A DNA stretch of 64,000 bases from Antedon mediterranea (Eukaryota > Animalia > Echinodermata), in NCBI RefSeq assembly GCF_964355755.1, contig NC_092680.1, positions 11,594,001-11,658,000 on the forward strand, written 5' to 3'. How positions within the stretch are numbered: the stretch's first letter is position 1; each line of letters starts with the position of its first letter. Below the pieces are notes generated by a model that saw nothing but the letters and a program-made list of their open reading frames with translations, was not told where the DNA came from and made no database searches. Below are positions 10,901-22,231 of this stretch, piece after piece. The translations under genes were made by a program, and so were the position numbers.

Positions 10901-13900
10901 TCTCAAAATGGTCTAAAACGTTTTTAAATACGATATTAAGCTGTTTTGTGCACTTTGATGATTTGTGTGAAAAGTTTTAACGAAATGCTCAAAATGGTCT
11001 AAAACGGTTTCTAATGTGATTTTAAGCACTTTGATGTTTTTGTGTAACCAAGTTTTTTCGAAAATCACAAAATAGTCTAAAACGTCTCCAAATGCGATTT
11101 GAAGCTTTTCTAAGCACTTTGGTGTTTTTATGTTAACAAGTTTTTTCGAAAATCACAAAATGGTCTAAAACGTCTCCAAATGCGATTTGAGGATATTCTG
11201 AGCACTTTGGTGTTTTTTTGTTAAAAAGTTTTTTCGAAAATAACAAAATGGTCTAAAACGTCTCCAAATGCGATTTGAAGCTATTCTGTACACTTTGATG
11301 TTTTGTGTGAAAAAGTTTTGTCGAAATGCTCAAAATGGTCTAAAACGTTTTTAAATACGATATTAAGCTATTTTGTGATCTTTGATGTTTTTGTGTGAAA
11401 AGTTTTATCGAAATGCTCAAAATGGTCTAAAACGGTTTCTATTGTGATTTTAAGCACTTTGATGATTTTGTGTAACCAAGTTTCATCGAAATGTACAAAA
11501 TGGTCTAAAACGTCTCCAAATGCGATTTGAAGCTATTCTAAGTACTTTTGTGTTTTTATGTTAACAAGTTTTTTCGAAAATCACAAAATGGTCTAAAACG
11601 TCTCCAAATGCGATTTGAAGCTCTTCTGTACACTTTGATGTTTTGTGTGAAAAAGTTTTGTCGAAATTCTCAAAATGGTCTAAAAGGTTTTTAAAACGAT
11701 ATTAAGCTATTTTGTGCTCTTTGATGTTTTTGTGTGAAAAGTTTTAACGAAATGCTCAAAATGGTCTAAAACGGTTTCTAATGTGATTTTAAGCACTTTG
11801 ATGTTTTTGTGTAACCAAGTTTTTTCGAAAATCACAAAATGGTCTAATACGTCTCCAAATGCGATTTGAAGCTTTTCCAAGCACTTTGCTGTTTTTATGT
11901 TAAGTTTTTTCGAAAATCACAAAATGGTCTAAAACGTCTTCAAATGCGATTTGAAGCTATTCTGTACACTTTGATGTTTTGTGTGAAAAAGTTTTGTCGA
12001 AATGCTCAAAATGGTCTAAAACGTTTTTAAATACGATATTAAGCTATTTTGTGATCTTTGATGTTTTTGTGTGAAAAGTTTTATCAAAATGCTCAAAATG
12101 GTCTGAAACGGTTTCTAATGCGATTTGAAGCTATTCTGTACACTTTGAAGTTTTGTGTGAAAAAGTTTTCTCGAAATGCTCAAAATGGTCTAAAACGTTT
12201 TTATATACCATATTAAGCTATTTTGTGCACTTTGATGTTTTTTTTGAAAAGTTTTATCGAAATGCTCAAAATGGTCTAAAACGGTTTCTATTGGGATTTT
12301 AAGCACTTTGATGATTTTGTGTAACCAAGTTTCATCGAAATGTACAAAATGGTCTAAAACGTCTCCAAATGCGATTTGAAGCTATTCTAAGTACTTTTGT
12401 GTTTTGTGTGAAAAAGTTTTGTCGAAATGCTCAAAATGGTCAAAAACGGTTTCTAATGTGATTTTAAGCACTTTGATGTTTTTGTGTAACCAAGTTTTTT
12501 AAAAAATCACAAAATGGTCTAAAACGTCTCCAAATGCGATTTGAAGCTTTTCTAAGCACTTTGGTGTTTTTATGTTAACAAGTTTTTTCGAAAATCACAA
12601 AATGGTCTAAAATGTTTCCAAATGCGATTTGAAGATATTCTGAGCACTTTGGTGTTTTTATGTTAAAAAGTTTTTTCGAAAATCACAAAATAGTCTAAAA
12701 CGTCTCAAAATGCGATTTGAAGCTATTCTGTACACTTTGATGTTTTGTGTGAAAAAGTTTTGTCGAAATGCTCAAAATGGTCTAAAACGTTTTTAAAACG
12801 ATATTAAGCTATTTTGTGCTCTTTGATGTTTTTGTGTAACCAAGTTTCATCGAAAATCACAAAATGGTCTAAAACGTCTCCAAATGCGATTTGAAGCTTT
12901 TCTAAGCACTTTGGTGTTTTTATGTTAACAAGTTTTTTCGAAAATCACGAAATGGTCTAAAATGTCTCCAAATGCGATTTGAAGATATTCTGAGCACTTT
13001 GGTGTTTTTATGTTAAAAAGTTTTTTCGAAAATCACAAAATGGTCTAAAACGTCTCCAAATGCGATTTGAAGCTATTCTGTACACTTTGATGTTTTGTGT
13101 GAAAAAGTTTTGTCGAAATGCTCAAAATGGTCTAAAACGTTTTTAAAAACGATATTAAGCTATTTTGTGATCTTTGATGTTTTTGTGTGAAAAGTTTTAT
13201 CGAAATGCTCAAAATGGTCTAAAACGGTTTCTAATGCGATTTGAAGCTATTCTGTACACTTTGAAGTTTTTTGTGAAAAAGTTTTCTCGAAATGCTCAAA
13301 ATGGTCTAAAACGTTTTTATATACCATATTAAGCTATTTTGTGCACTTTGATGTTTTTTGTGAAAAGTTTTATCGAAATTCTCAAAATGGTCTAAAACGG
13401 TTTCTATTGTGATTTTAAGCACTTTGATGATTTTGTGTAACCAAGTTTCATCGAAATGTACAAAATGGTCTAAAACGTCTCCAAATGCGATTTGAAGCTA
13501 TTCTAAGTACTTTTGTGTTTTTATGTTAACAACTTTTTTCGAAAATCACGAAATGGTCTAAAATGTCTCCAAATGCGATTTGAAGATATTCTGAGCACTT
13601 TGGTGTTTTTATGTTAAAAAGTTTTTTCGAAAATCACAAAATAGTCTAAAACGTCTCCAAATGCGATTTGAAGCTATTCTGTACACTTTGATGTTTTGTG
13701 TGAAAAAGTTTTGTCGAAATGCTCAAAATGGTCTAAAACGTTTTTAAAACGATATTAAGCTATTTTGTGCTCTTTGATGTTTTTGTGTAACCAAGTTTCA
13801 TCGAAAATCACAAAATGGTCTAAAACGTCTCAAAATGCGATTTGAAGCTTTTCTAAGCACTTTGGTGTTTTTATGTTAACAAGTTTTTTCGAAAATCACG

Positions 13901-16045
13901 AAATGGTCTAAAATGTCTCCAAATGCGATTTGAAGATATTCTGAGCACTTTGGTGTTTTTATGTTAAAAAGTTTTTTCGAAAATCACAAAATGGTCTAAA
14001 ACGTCTCCAAATGCGATTTGAAGCTCTTCTGTACACTTTGATGTTTTGTGTGAAAAAGTTTTGTCGAAATGCTCAAAATGGTCTAAAACGTTTTTAAATA
14101 CGATATTAAGCTGTTTTGTGCACTTTGATGATTTGTGTGAAAAGTTTTAACGAAATGCTCAAAATGGTCTAAAACGGTTTCTAATGTGATTTTAAGCACT
14201 TTGATGTTTTTGTGTAACCAAGTTTTTTCGAAAATCACAAAATAGTCTAAAACGTCTCCAAATGCGATTTGAAGCTTTTCTAAGCACTTTGGTGTTTTTA
14301 TGTTAACAAGTTTTTTCGAAAATCACAAAATGGTCTAAAACGTCTCCAAATGCGATTTGAGGATATTCTGAGCACTTTGGTGTTTTTTCGTTAAAAAGTT
14401 TTTTCGAAAATCACAAAATGGTCTAAAACGTCTCCAAATGCGATTTGAAGCTATTCTGTACACTTTGATGTTTTGTGTGAAAAAGTTTTGTCGAAATGCT
14501 CAAAATGGTCTAAAACGTTTTTAAATACGATATTAGGCTATTTTGTGATCTTTGATGTTTTTGTGTGAAAAGTTTTATCGAAATGCTCAAAATGGTCTAA
14601 AACGGTTTCTATTGTTATTTTAAGCACTTTGATGATTTTGTGTAACCAAGTTTCATCGAAATGTACAAAATGGTCTAAAACGTCTCCAAATGCGATTTGA
14701 AGCTATTCTAAGTACTTTTGTGTTTTTATGTTAACAAGTTTTTTCGAAAATCACAAAATGGTCTAAAACGTCTTCAAATGCGATTTGAAGCTATTCTGTA
14801 CACTTTGATGTTTTGTGTGAAAAAGTTTTGTCAAAATGCTCAAAATGGTCTAAAACGTTTTTAAAACGATATTAAGCTATTTTGTGCTCTTTGATGTTTT
14901 TGTGTAACCAAGTTTCATCGAAAATCACAAAATGGTCTAAAACGTCTCCAAATGCGATTTGAAGCTTTTCTAAGCACTTTGGTGTTTTTATGTTAACAAG
15001 TTTTTTCGAAAATCACAAAATGGTCTAAAACGTCTCCAAATGCGATTTGAAGCTCTTCTGTACACTTTGATGTTTTGTGTGAAAAAGTTTTGTCGAAATT
15101 CTCAAAATGGTCTAAAACATTTTTAAATACGATATTAAGCTGTTTTGTGCACTTTGATGATTTGTGTGAAAAGTTTTAAAGAAATGCTCAAAATGGTCAA
15201 AAACGGTTTTTAATGTGATTTTAAGCACTTTGATGTTTTTGTGTAACCAAGTTTTTTCGAAAATCACAAAATGGTCTAAAACGTCTCCAAATGCGATTTG
15301 AAGCTTTTCTAAGCACTTTGGTGTTTTTATGTTAACAAGTTTTTTCGAAAATCACAAAATGGTCTAAAACGTCTTCAAATGCGATTTGAAGCTATTCTGT
15401 ACACTTTGATGTTTTGTGTGAAAAAGTTTTGTCGAAATGCTCAAAATGGTCTAAAACGTTTTTAAATACGATATTAAGCTATTTTGTGATCTTTGATGTT
15501 TTTGTGTGAAAAGTTTTATCGAAATGCTCAAAATGGTCTAAAACGGTTTCTAATGCGATTTGAAGCTATTCTGTACCCTTTTGAAGTTTTTTGTGAAAAA
15601 GTTTTCTCGAAATGCTCAAAATGGTCTAAAAAGTTTTTATATACCATATTAAGCTATTTTGTGCACTTTGATGTTTTTTGTGAAAAGTTTTATCGAAATG
15701 CTCAAAATGGTCTAAAACGGTTTCTATTGTGATTTTAAGCACTTTGATGATTTTGTGTAACCAAGTTTCATCGAAATGTACAAAATGGTCTAAAACGTCT
15801 CCAAATGCGATTTGAAGCTATTCTAAGTACTTTTGTGTTTTTATGTTAACAAGTTTTTTCGAAAATCACAAAATGGTCTAAAACGTCTTCAAATGCGATT
15901 TGAAGCTATTCTGTACACTTTTATGTTTTGTGTGAAAAAGTTTTGTCGAAATTCTCAAAATGGTCTAAAACGTTTTTAAATACGATATTAAGCTGTTTTG
16001 TGCACTTTGATGATTTGTGTGAAAAGTTTTAACGAAATGCTCAAA

Positions 16046-16822
16046 ATGGTCAAAAACGGTTTCTAATGTGATTTTAAGCACTTTGATGTTTTTGTGTAAC
16101 CAAGTTTTTTCAAAAATCACAAAATGGTCTAAAACGTCTCCAAATGCGATTTGAAGCTTTTCTAAGCACTTTGGTGTTTTTATGTTAACTAGTTTTTTCG
16201 AAAATCACAAAATGGTCTAAAACGTCTCCAAATGCGATTTGAAGATATTCTAAGCACTTTGGTGTTTTTATGTTAAAAAGTTTTTTCGAAAATCACAAAA
16301 TAGTCTAAAACGTCTCCAAATGCGATTTGAAGCTATTCTGTACACTTTGATGTTTTGTGTGAAAAAGTTTTGTCGAAATGCTCAAAATGGTCTAAAACGT
16401 TTTTAAAACGATATTAAGCTATTTTGTGCTCTTTGATGTTTTTGTGTAACCAAGTTTCATCGAAAATCACAAAATTGTCTAAAACGTCTCAAAATGCGAT
16501 TTGAAGCTTTTCTAAGCACTTTGGTGTTTTTATGTTAACAAGTTTTTTCGAAAATCACGAAATGGTCTAAAATGTCTCCAAATGCGATTTGAAGATATTC
16601 TGAGCACTTTGGTGTTTTTATGTTAAAAAGTTTTTTCGAAAATCACAAAATGGTCTAAAACGTCTCCAAATGCGATTTGAAGCTCTTCTGTACACTTTGA
16701 TGTTTTGTGTGAAAAAGTTTTGTCGAAATGCTCAAAATGGTCTAAAACGTTTTTAAATACGATATTAAGCTGTTTTGTGAACTTTGATGATTTGTGTGAA
16801 AAGTTTTAACGAAATGCTCAAA
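16046..16822 (+). repeat. Exemplar 9-mer HOR S1-B-C-D-F-B-C-D-E2 = 777 bp
   Basis: S1 starts at 16046 and 16823, and the summed monomer lengths equal 777. The same order recurs near 5.4, 8.7, 32.0, 33.7, 36.6, 39.2, 59.5 and 63.05 kb, with a 3-bp insertion in some copies. Confidence 0.88.
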
Positions 16823-19800
16823 ATGGTCTAAAACGGTTTCTAATGTGATTTTAAGCACTTTGATGTTTTTGTGTAACCAAGTTTTTTCGAAAATCACAAA
16901 ATAGTCTAAAACGTCTCCAAATGCGATTTGAAGCTTTTCTAAGCACTTTGGTGTTTTTATGTTAACAAGTTTTTTCGAAAATCAAAAAATGGTCTAAAAC
17001 GTCTCCAAATGCGATTTGAGGATATTCTGAGCACTTTGGTGTTTTTTTGTTAAAAAGTTTTTTCGAAAATAACAAAATGGTCTAAAACGTCTCCAAATGC
17101 GATTTGAAGCTATTCTGTACACTTTGATGTTTTGTGTGAAAAAGTTTTGTCGAAATGCTCAAAATGGTCTAAAACGTTTTTAAATACGATATTAAGCTAT
17201 TTTGTGATCTTTGATGTTTTTGTGTGAAAAGTTTTATCGAAATGCTCAAAATGGTCTAAAACGGTTTCTATTGTGATTTTAAGCACTTTGATGATTTTGT
17301 GTAACCAAGTTTCATCGAAATGTACAAAATGGTCTAAAACGTCTCCAAATGCGATTTGAAGCTATTCTAAGTACTTTTGTGTTTTTATGTTAACAAGTTT
17401 TTTCGAAAATCACAAAATGGTCTAAAACGTCTTCAAATGCGATTTGAAGCTATTCTGTACACTTTGATGTTTTGTGTGAAAAAGTTTTGTCAAAATGCTC
17501 AAAATGGTCTAAAACGTTTTTAAAACGATATTAAGCTATTTTGTGCTCTTTGATGTTTTTGTGTAACCAAGTTTCAACGAAAATCACAAAATGGTCTAAA
17601 ACGTCTCCAAATGCGATTTGAAGCTTTTCTAAGCACTTTGGTGTTTTTATGTTAACAAGTTTTTTCGAAAATCACAAAATGGTCTAAAACGTCTCCAAAT
17701 GCGATTTGAAGCTCTTCTGTACACTTTGATGTTTTGTGTGAAAAAGTTTTGTCGAAATTCTCAAAATGGTCTAAAAGGTTTTTAAATACGATATTAAGCT
17801 GTTTTGTGCACTTTGATGATTTGTGTGAAAAGTTTTAACGAAATGCTCAAAATGGTCTAAAACGGTTTCTAATGTGATTTTAAGCACTTTGATGTTTTTG
17901 TGTAACCAAGTTTTTTCGAAAATCACAAAATGGTCTAATACGTCTCCAAATGCGATTTGAAGCTTTTCCAAGCACTTTGCTGTTTTTATGTTAAGTTTTT
18001 TCGAAAATCACAAAATGGTCTAAAACGTCTTCAAATGCGATTTGAAGCTATTCTGTACACTTTGATGTTTTGTGTGAAAAAGTTTTGTCGAAATGCTCAA
18101 AATGGTCTAAAACGTTTTTAAATACGATATTAAGCTATTTTGTGATCTTTGATGTTTTTGTGTGAAAAGTTTTATCAAAATGCTCAAAATGGTCTGAAAC
18201 GGTTTCTAATGCGATTTGAAGCTATTCTGTACACTTTGAAGTTTTGTGTGAAAAAGTTTTCTCGAAATGCTCAAAATGGTCTAAAACGTTTTTATATACC
18301 ATATTAAGCTATTTTGTGCACTTTGATGTTTTTTTTTTAAAGTTTTATCGAAATGCTCAAAATGGTCTAAAACGGTTTCTATTGGGATTTTAAGCACTTT
18401 GATGATTTTGTGTAACCAAGTTTCATCGAAATGTACAAAATGGTCTAAAACGTCTCCAAATGCGATTTGAAGCTATTCTAAGTACTTTTGTGTTTTTATG
18501 TTAACAAGTTTTTTCGAAAATCACAAAATGGTCTAAAACGTCTTCAAATGCGATTTGAAGCTATTCTGTACACTTTGATGTTTTGTGTGAAAAAGTTTTG
18601 TTGAAATGCTCAAAATGGTCAAAAACGGTTTCTAATGTGATTTTAAGCACAAGCACTTTGGTGTTTTTATGTTAACAAGTTTTTTCGAAAATCACAAAAT
18701 GGTCTAAAACGTCTCCAAATGCGATTTGAAGATATTCTGAGCACTTTGGTGTTTTTATGTTAAAAAGTTTTTTCGAAAATCACAAAATAGTCTAAAACGT
18801 CTCAAAATGCGATTTGAAGCTATTCTGTACACTTTGATGTTTTGTGTGAAAAAGTTTTGTCGAAATGCTCAAAATGGTCTAAAACGTTTTTAAAACGATA
18901 TTAAGCTATTTTGTGCTCTTTGATGTTTTTGTGTAACCAAGTTTCATCGAAAATCACAAAATGGTCTAAAACGTCTCCAAATGCGATTTGAAGCTTTTCT
19001 AAGCACTTTGGTGTTTTTATGTTAACAAGTTTTTTCGAAAATCACGAAATGGTCTAAAATGTCTCCAAATGCGATTTGAAGATATTCTGAGCACTTTGGT
19101 GTTTTTATGTTAAAACGTTTTTTCGAAAATCACAAAATGGTCTAAAACGTTTTTAAATACGATATTAAGCTATTTTGTGATCTTTGATGTTTTTGTGTGA
19201 AAAGTTTTATCGAAATGCTCAAAATGGTCTAAAACGGTTTCTAATGCGATTTGAAGCTATTCGGTACACTTTGAAGTTTTTTGTGAAAAAGTTTTCTCGA
19301 AATGCTCAAAATGGTCTAAAACGTTTTTATATACCATATTAAGCTATTTTGTGCACTTTGATGTTTTTTGTGAAAAGTTTTATCGAAATTCTCAAAATGG
19401 TCTAAAACGGTTTCTATTGTGATTTTAAGCACTTTGATGATTTTGTGTAACCAAGTTTCATCGAAATGTACAAAATGGTCTAAAACGTCTCCAAATGCGA
19501 TTTGAAGCTATTCTAAGTACTTTTGTGTTTTTATGTTAACAAGTTTTTTCGAAAATCACGAAATGGTCTAAAATGTCTCCAAATGCGATTTGAAGATATT
19601 CTGAGCACTTTGGTGTTTTTATGTTAAAAAGTTTTTTCGAAAATCACAAAATAGTCTAAAACGTCTCCAAATGCGATTTGAAGCTATTCTGTACACTTTG
19701 ATGTTTTGTGTGAAAAAGTTTTGTCGAAATGCTCAAAATGGTCTAAAACATTTTTAAAACGATATTAAGCTATTTTGTGCTCTTTGATGTTTTTGTGTAA

Positions 19801-21956
19801 CCAAGTTTCATCGAAAATCACAAAATGGTCTAAAACGTCTCAAAATGCGATTTGAAGCTTTTCTAAGCACTTTGGTGTTTTTATGTTAACAAGTTTTTTC
19901 GAAAATCACGAAATGGTCTAAAATGTCTCCAAATGCGATTTGAAGATATTCTGAGCACTTTGGTGTTTTTATGTTAAAAAGTTTTTTCGAAAATCACAAA
20001 ATGGTCTAAAACGTCTCCAAATGCGATTTGAAGCTCTTCTGTACACTTTGATGTTTTGTGTGAAAAAGTTTTGTCGAAATGCTCAAAATGGTCTAAAACG
20101 TTTTTAAATACGATATTAAGCTGTTTTGTGCACTTTGATGATTTGTGTGAAAAGTTTTAACGAAATGCTCAAAATGGTCTAAAACGGTTTCTAATGTGAT
20201 TTTAAGCACTTTGATGTTTTTGTGTAACCAAGTTTTTTCGAAAATCACAAAATAGTCTAAAACGTCTCCAAATGCGATTTGAAGCTTTTCTAAGCACTTT
20301 GGTGTTTTTATGTTAACAAGTTTTTTCGAAAATCACAAAATGGTCTAAAACGTCTCCAAATGCGATTTGAGGATATTCTGAGCACTTTGGTGTTTTTTCG
20401 TTAAAAAGTTTTTTCGAAAATCACAAAATGGTCTAAAACGTCTCCAAATGCGATTTGAAGCTATTCTGTACACTTTGATGTTTTGTGTGAAAAAGTTTTG
20501 TCGAAATGCTCAAAATGGTCTAAAACGTTTTGAAATACGATATTAAGCTATTTTGTGATCTTAGATGTTTTTGTGTGAAAAGTTTTATCGAAATGCTCAA
20601 AATGGTCTAAAACGGTTTCTATTGTGATTTTAAGCACTTTGATGATTTTGTGTAACCAAGTTTCATCGAAATGTACAAAATGGTCTAAAATGTCTCCAAA
20701 TGCGATTTGAAGCTATTCTAAGTACTTTTGTGTTTTTATGTTAACAAGTTTTTTCGAAAATCACAAAATGGTCTAAAACGTCTTCAAATGCGATTTGAAG
20801 CTATTCTGTACACTTTGATGTTTTGTGTGAAAAAGTTTTGTCAAAATGCTCAAAATGGTCTAAAACGTTTTTAAAACGATATTAAGCTATTTTGTGCTCT
20901 TTGATGTTTTTGTGTAACCAAGTTTCATCGAAAATCACAAAATGGTCTAAAACGTCTCCAAATGCGATTTGAAGCTTTTCTAAGCACTTTGGTGTTTTTA
21001 TGTTAACAAGTTTTTTCGAAAATCACAAAATGGTCTAAAACATCTCCAAATGCGATTTGAAGCTCTTCTGTACACTTTGATGTTTTGTGTGAAAAAGTTT
21101 TGTCGAAATTCTCAAAATGGTCTAAAAGGTTTTTAAATACGATATTAAGCTGTTTTGTGCACTTTGATGATTTGTGTGAAAAGTTTTAACGAAATGCTCA
21201 AAATGGTCTAAAACGGTTTCTAATGTGATTTTAAGCACTTTGATGTTTTTGTGTAACCAAGTTTTTTCGAAAATCACAAAATAGTCTAAAACGTCTCCAA
21301 ATGCGATTTGAAGCTTTTCTAAGCACTTTGGTGTTTTTATGTTTACAAGTTTTTTCGAAAATCACAAAATGGTCTAAAACGTCTCCAAATGCGATTTGAG
21401 GATATTCTGAGCACTTTGGTGTTTTTTTGTTAAAAAGTTTTTTCGAAAATCACAAAATGGTCTAAAACGTCTCCAAATGCGATTTGAAGCTATTCTGTAC
21501 ACTTTGATGTTTTGTGTGAAAAAGTTTTGTCGAAATGCTCAAAATGGTCTAAAACGTTTTTAAATACGATATTAGGCTATTTTGTGATCTTTGATGTTTT
21601 TGTGTGAAAAGTTTTATCGAAATGCTCAAAATGGTCTAAAACGGTTTCTATTGTTATTATAAGCACTTTGATGATTTTGTGTAACCAAGTTTCATCGAAA
21701 TGTACAAAATGGTCTAAAACGTCTCCAAATGCGATTTGAAGCTATTCTAAGTACTTTTGTGTTTTTATGTTAACAAGTTTTTTCGAAAATCACAAAATGG
21801 TCTAAAACGTCTTCAAATGCGATTTGAAGCTATTCTGTACACTTTGATGTTTTGTGTGAAAAAGTTTTGTCAAAATGCTCAAAATGGTCTAAAACGTTTT
21901 TAAAACGATATTAAGCTATTTTGTGCTCTTTGATGTTTTTGTGTAACCAAGTTTCA
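16740..21956 (+). repeat. Block of about 5.2 kb paralogous to 47507-52723 (offset 30767)
   Basis: Shared private markers: AAGCACAAGCAC 18645/49412, TGTTTTTTCG 20391/51158, CATCTCC 21041/51808, GTTTACAAG 21341/52108, and identical ORFs 17771/48538. Confidence 0.92.
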
Positions 21957-22231
21957 TCGAAAATCACAAAATGGTCTAAAACGTCTCCAAATGCGATTTG
22001 AAGCTTTTCTAAGCACTTTGGTGTTTTTATGTTAACAAGTTTTTTCGAAAATCACAAAATGGTCTAAAACGTCTCCAAATGCGATTTGAAGCTCTTCTGT
22101 ACACTTTGATGTTTTGTGTGAAAAAGTTTTGTCGAAATTCTCAAAATGGTCTAAAACATTTTTAAATACGATATTAAGCTGTTTTGTGCACTTTGATGAT
22201 TTGTGTGAAAAGTTTTAACGAAATGCTCAAA
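20174..22231 (+). repeat. Two tandem 12-mer HORs S1-B-C-D-E-S2-B2-D-F-B-D-E2 = 1029 bp each
   Basis: S1 starts at 20174, 21203 and 22232, each 1029 apart, and the summed monomer lengths equal 1029. Confidence 0.92.

Noticed and set aside
15493-15732. 79-aa ORF on the + strand
   Set aside because: It is a translation of monomers E-G-H with the peptide RNAQNGLKRF repeating. It stays open because 87 bp is a multiple of 3 and a private 1-bp insertion shifts the frame. There is no coding signal, and paralogous copies are closed.
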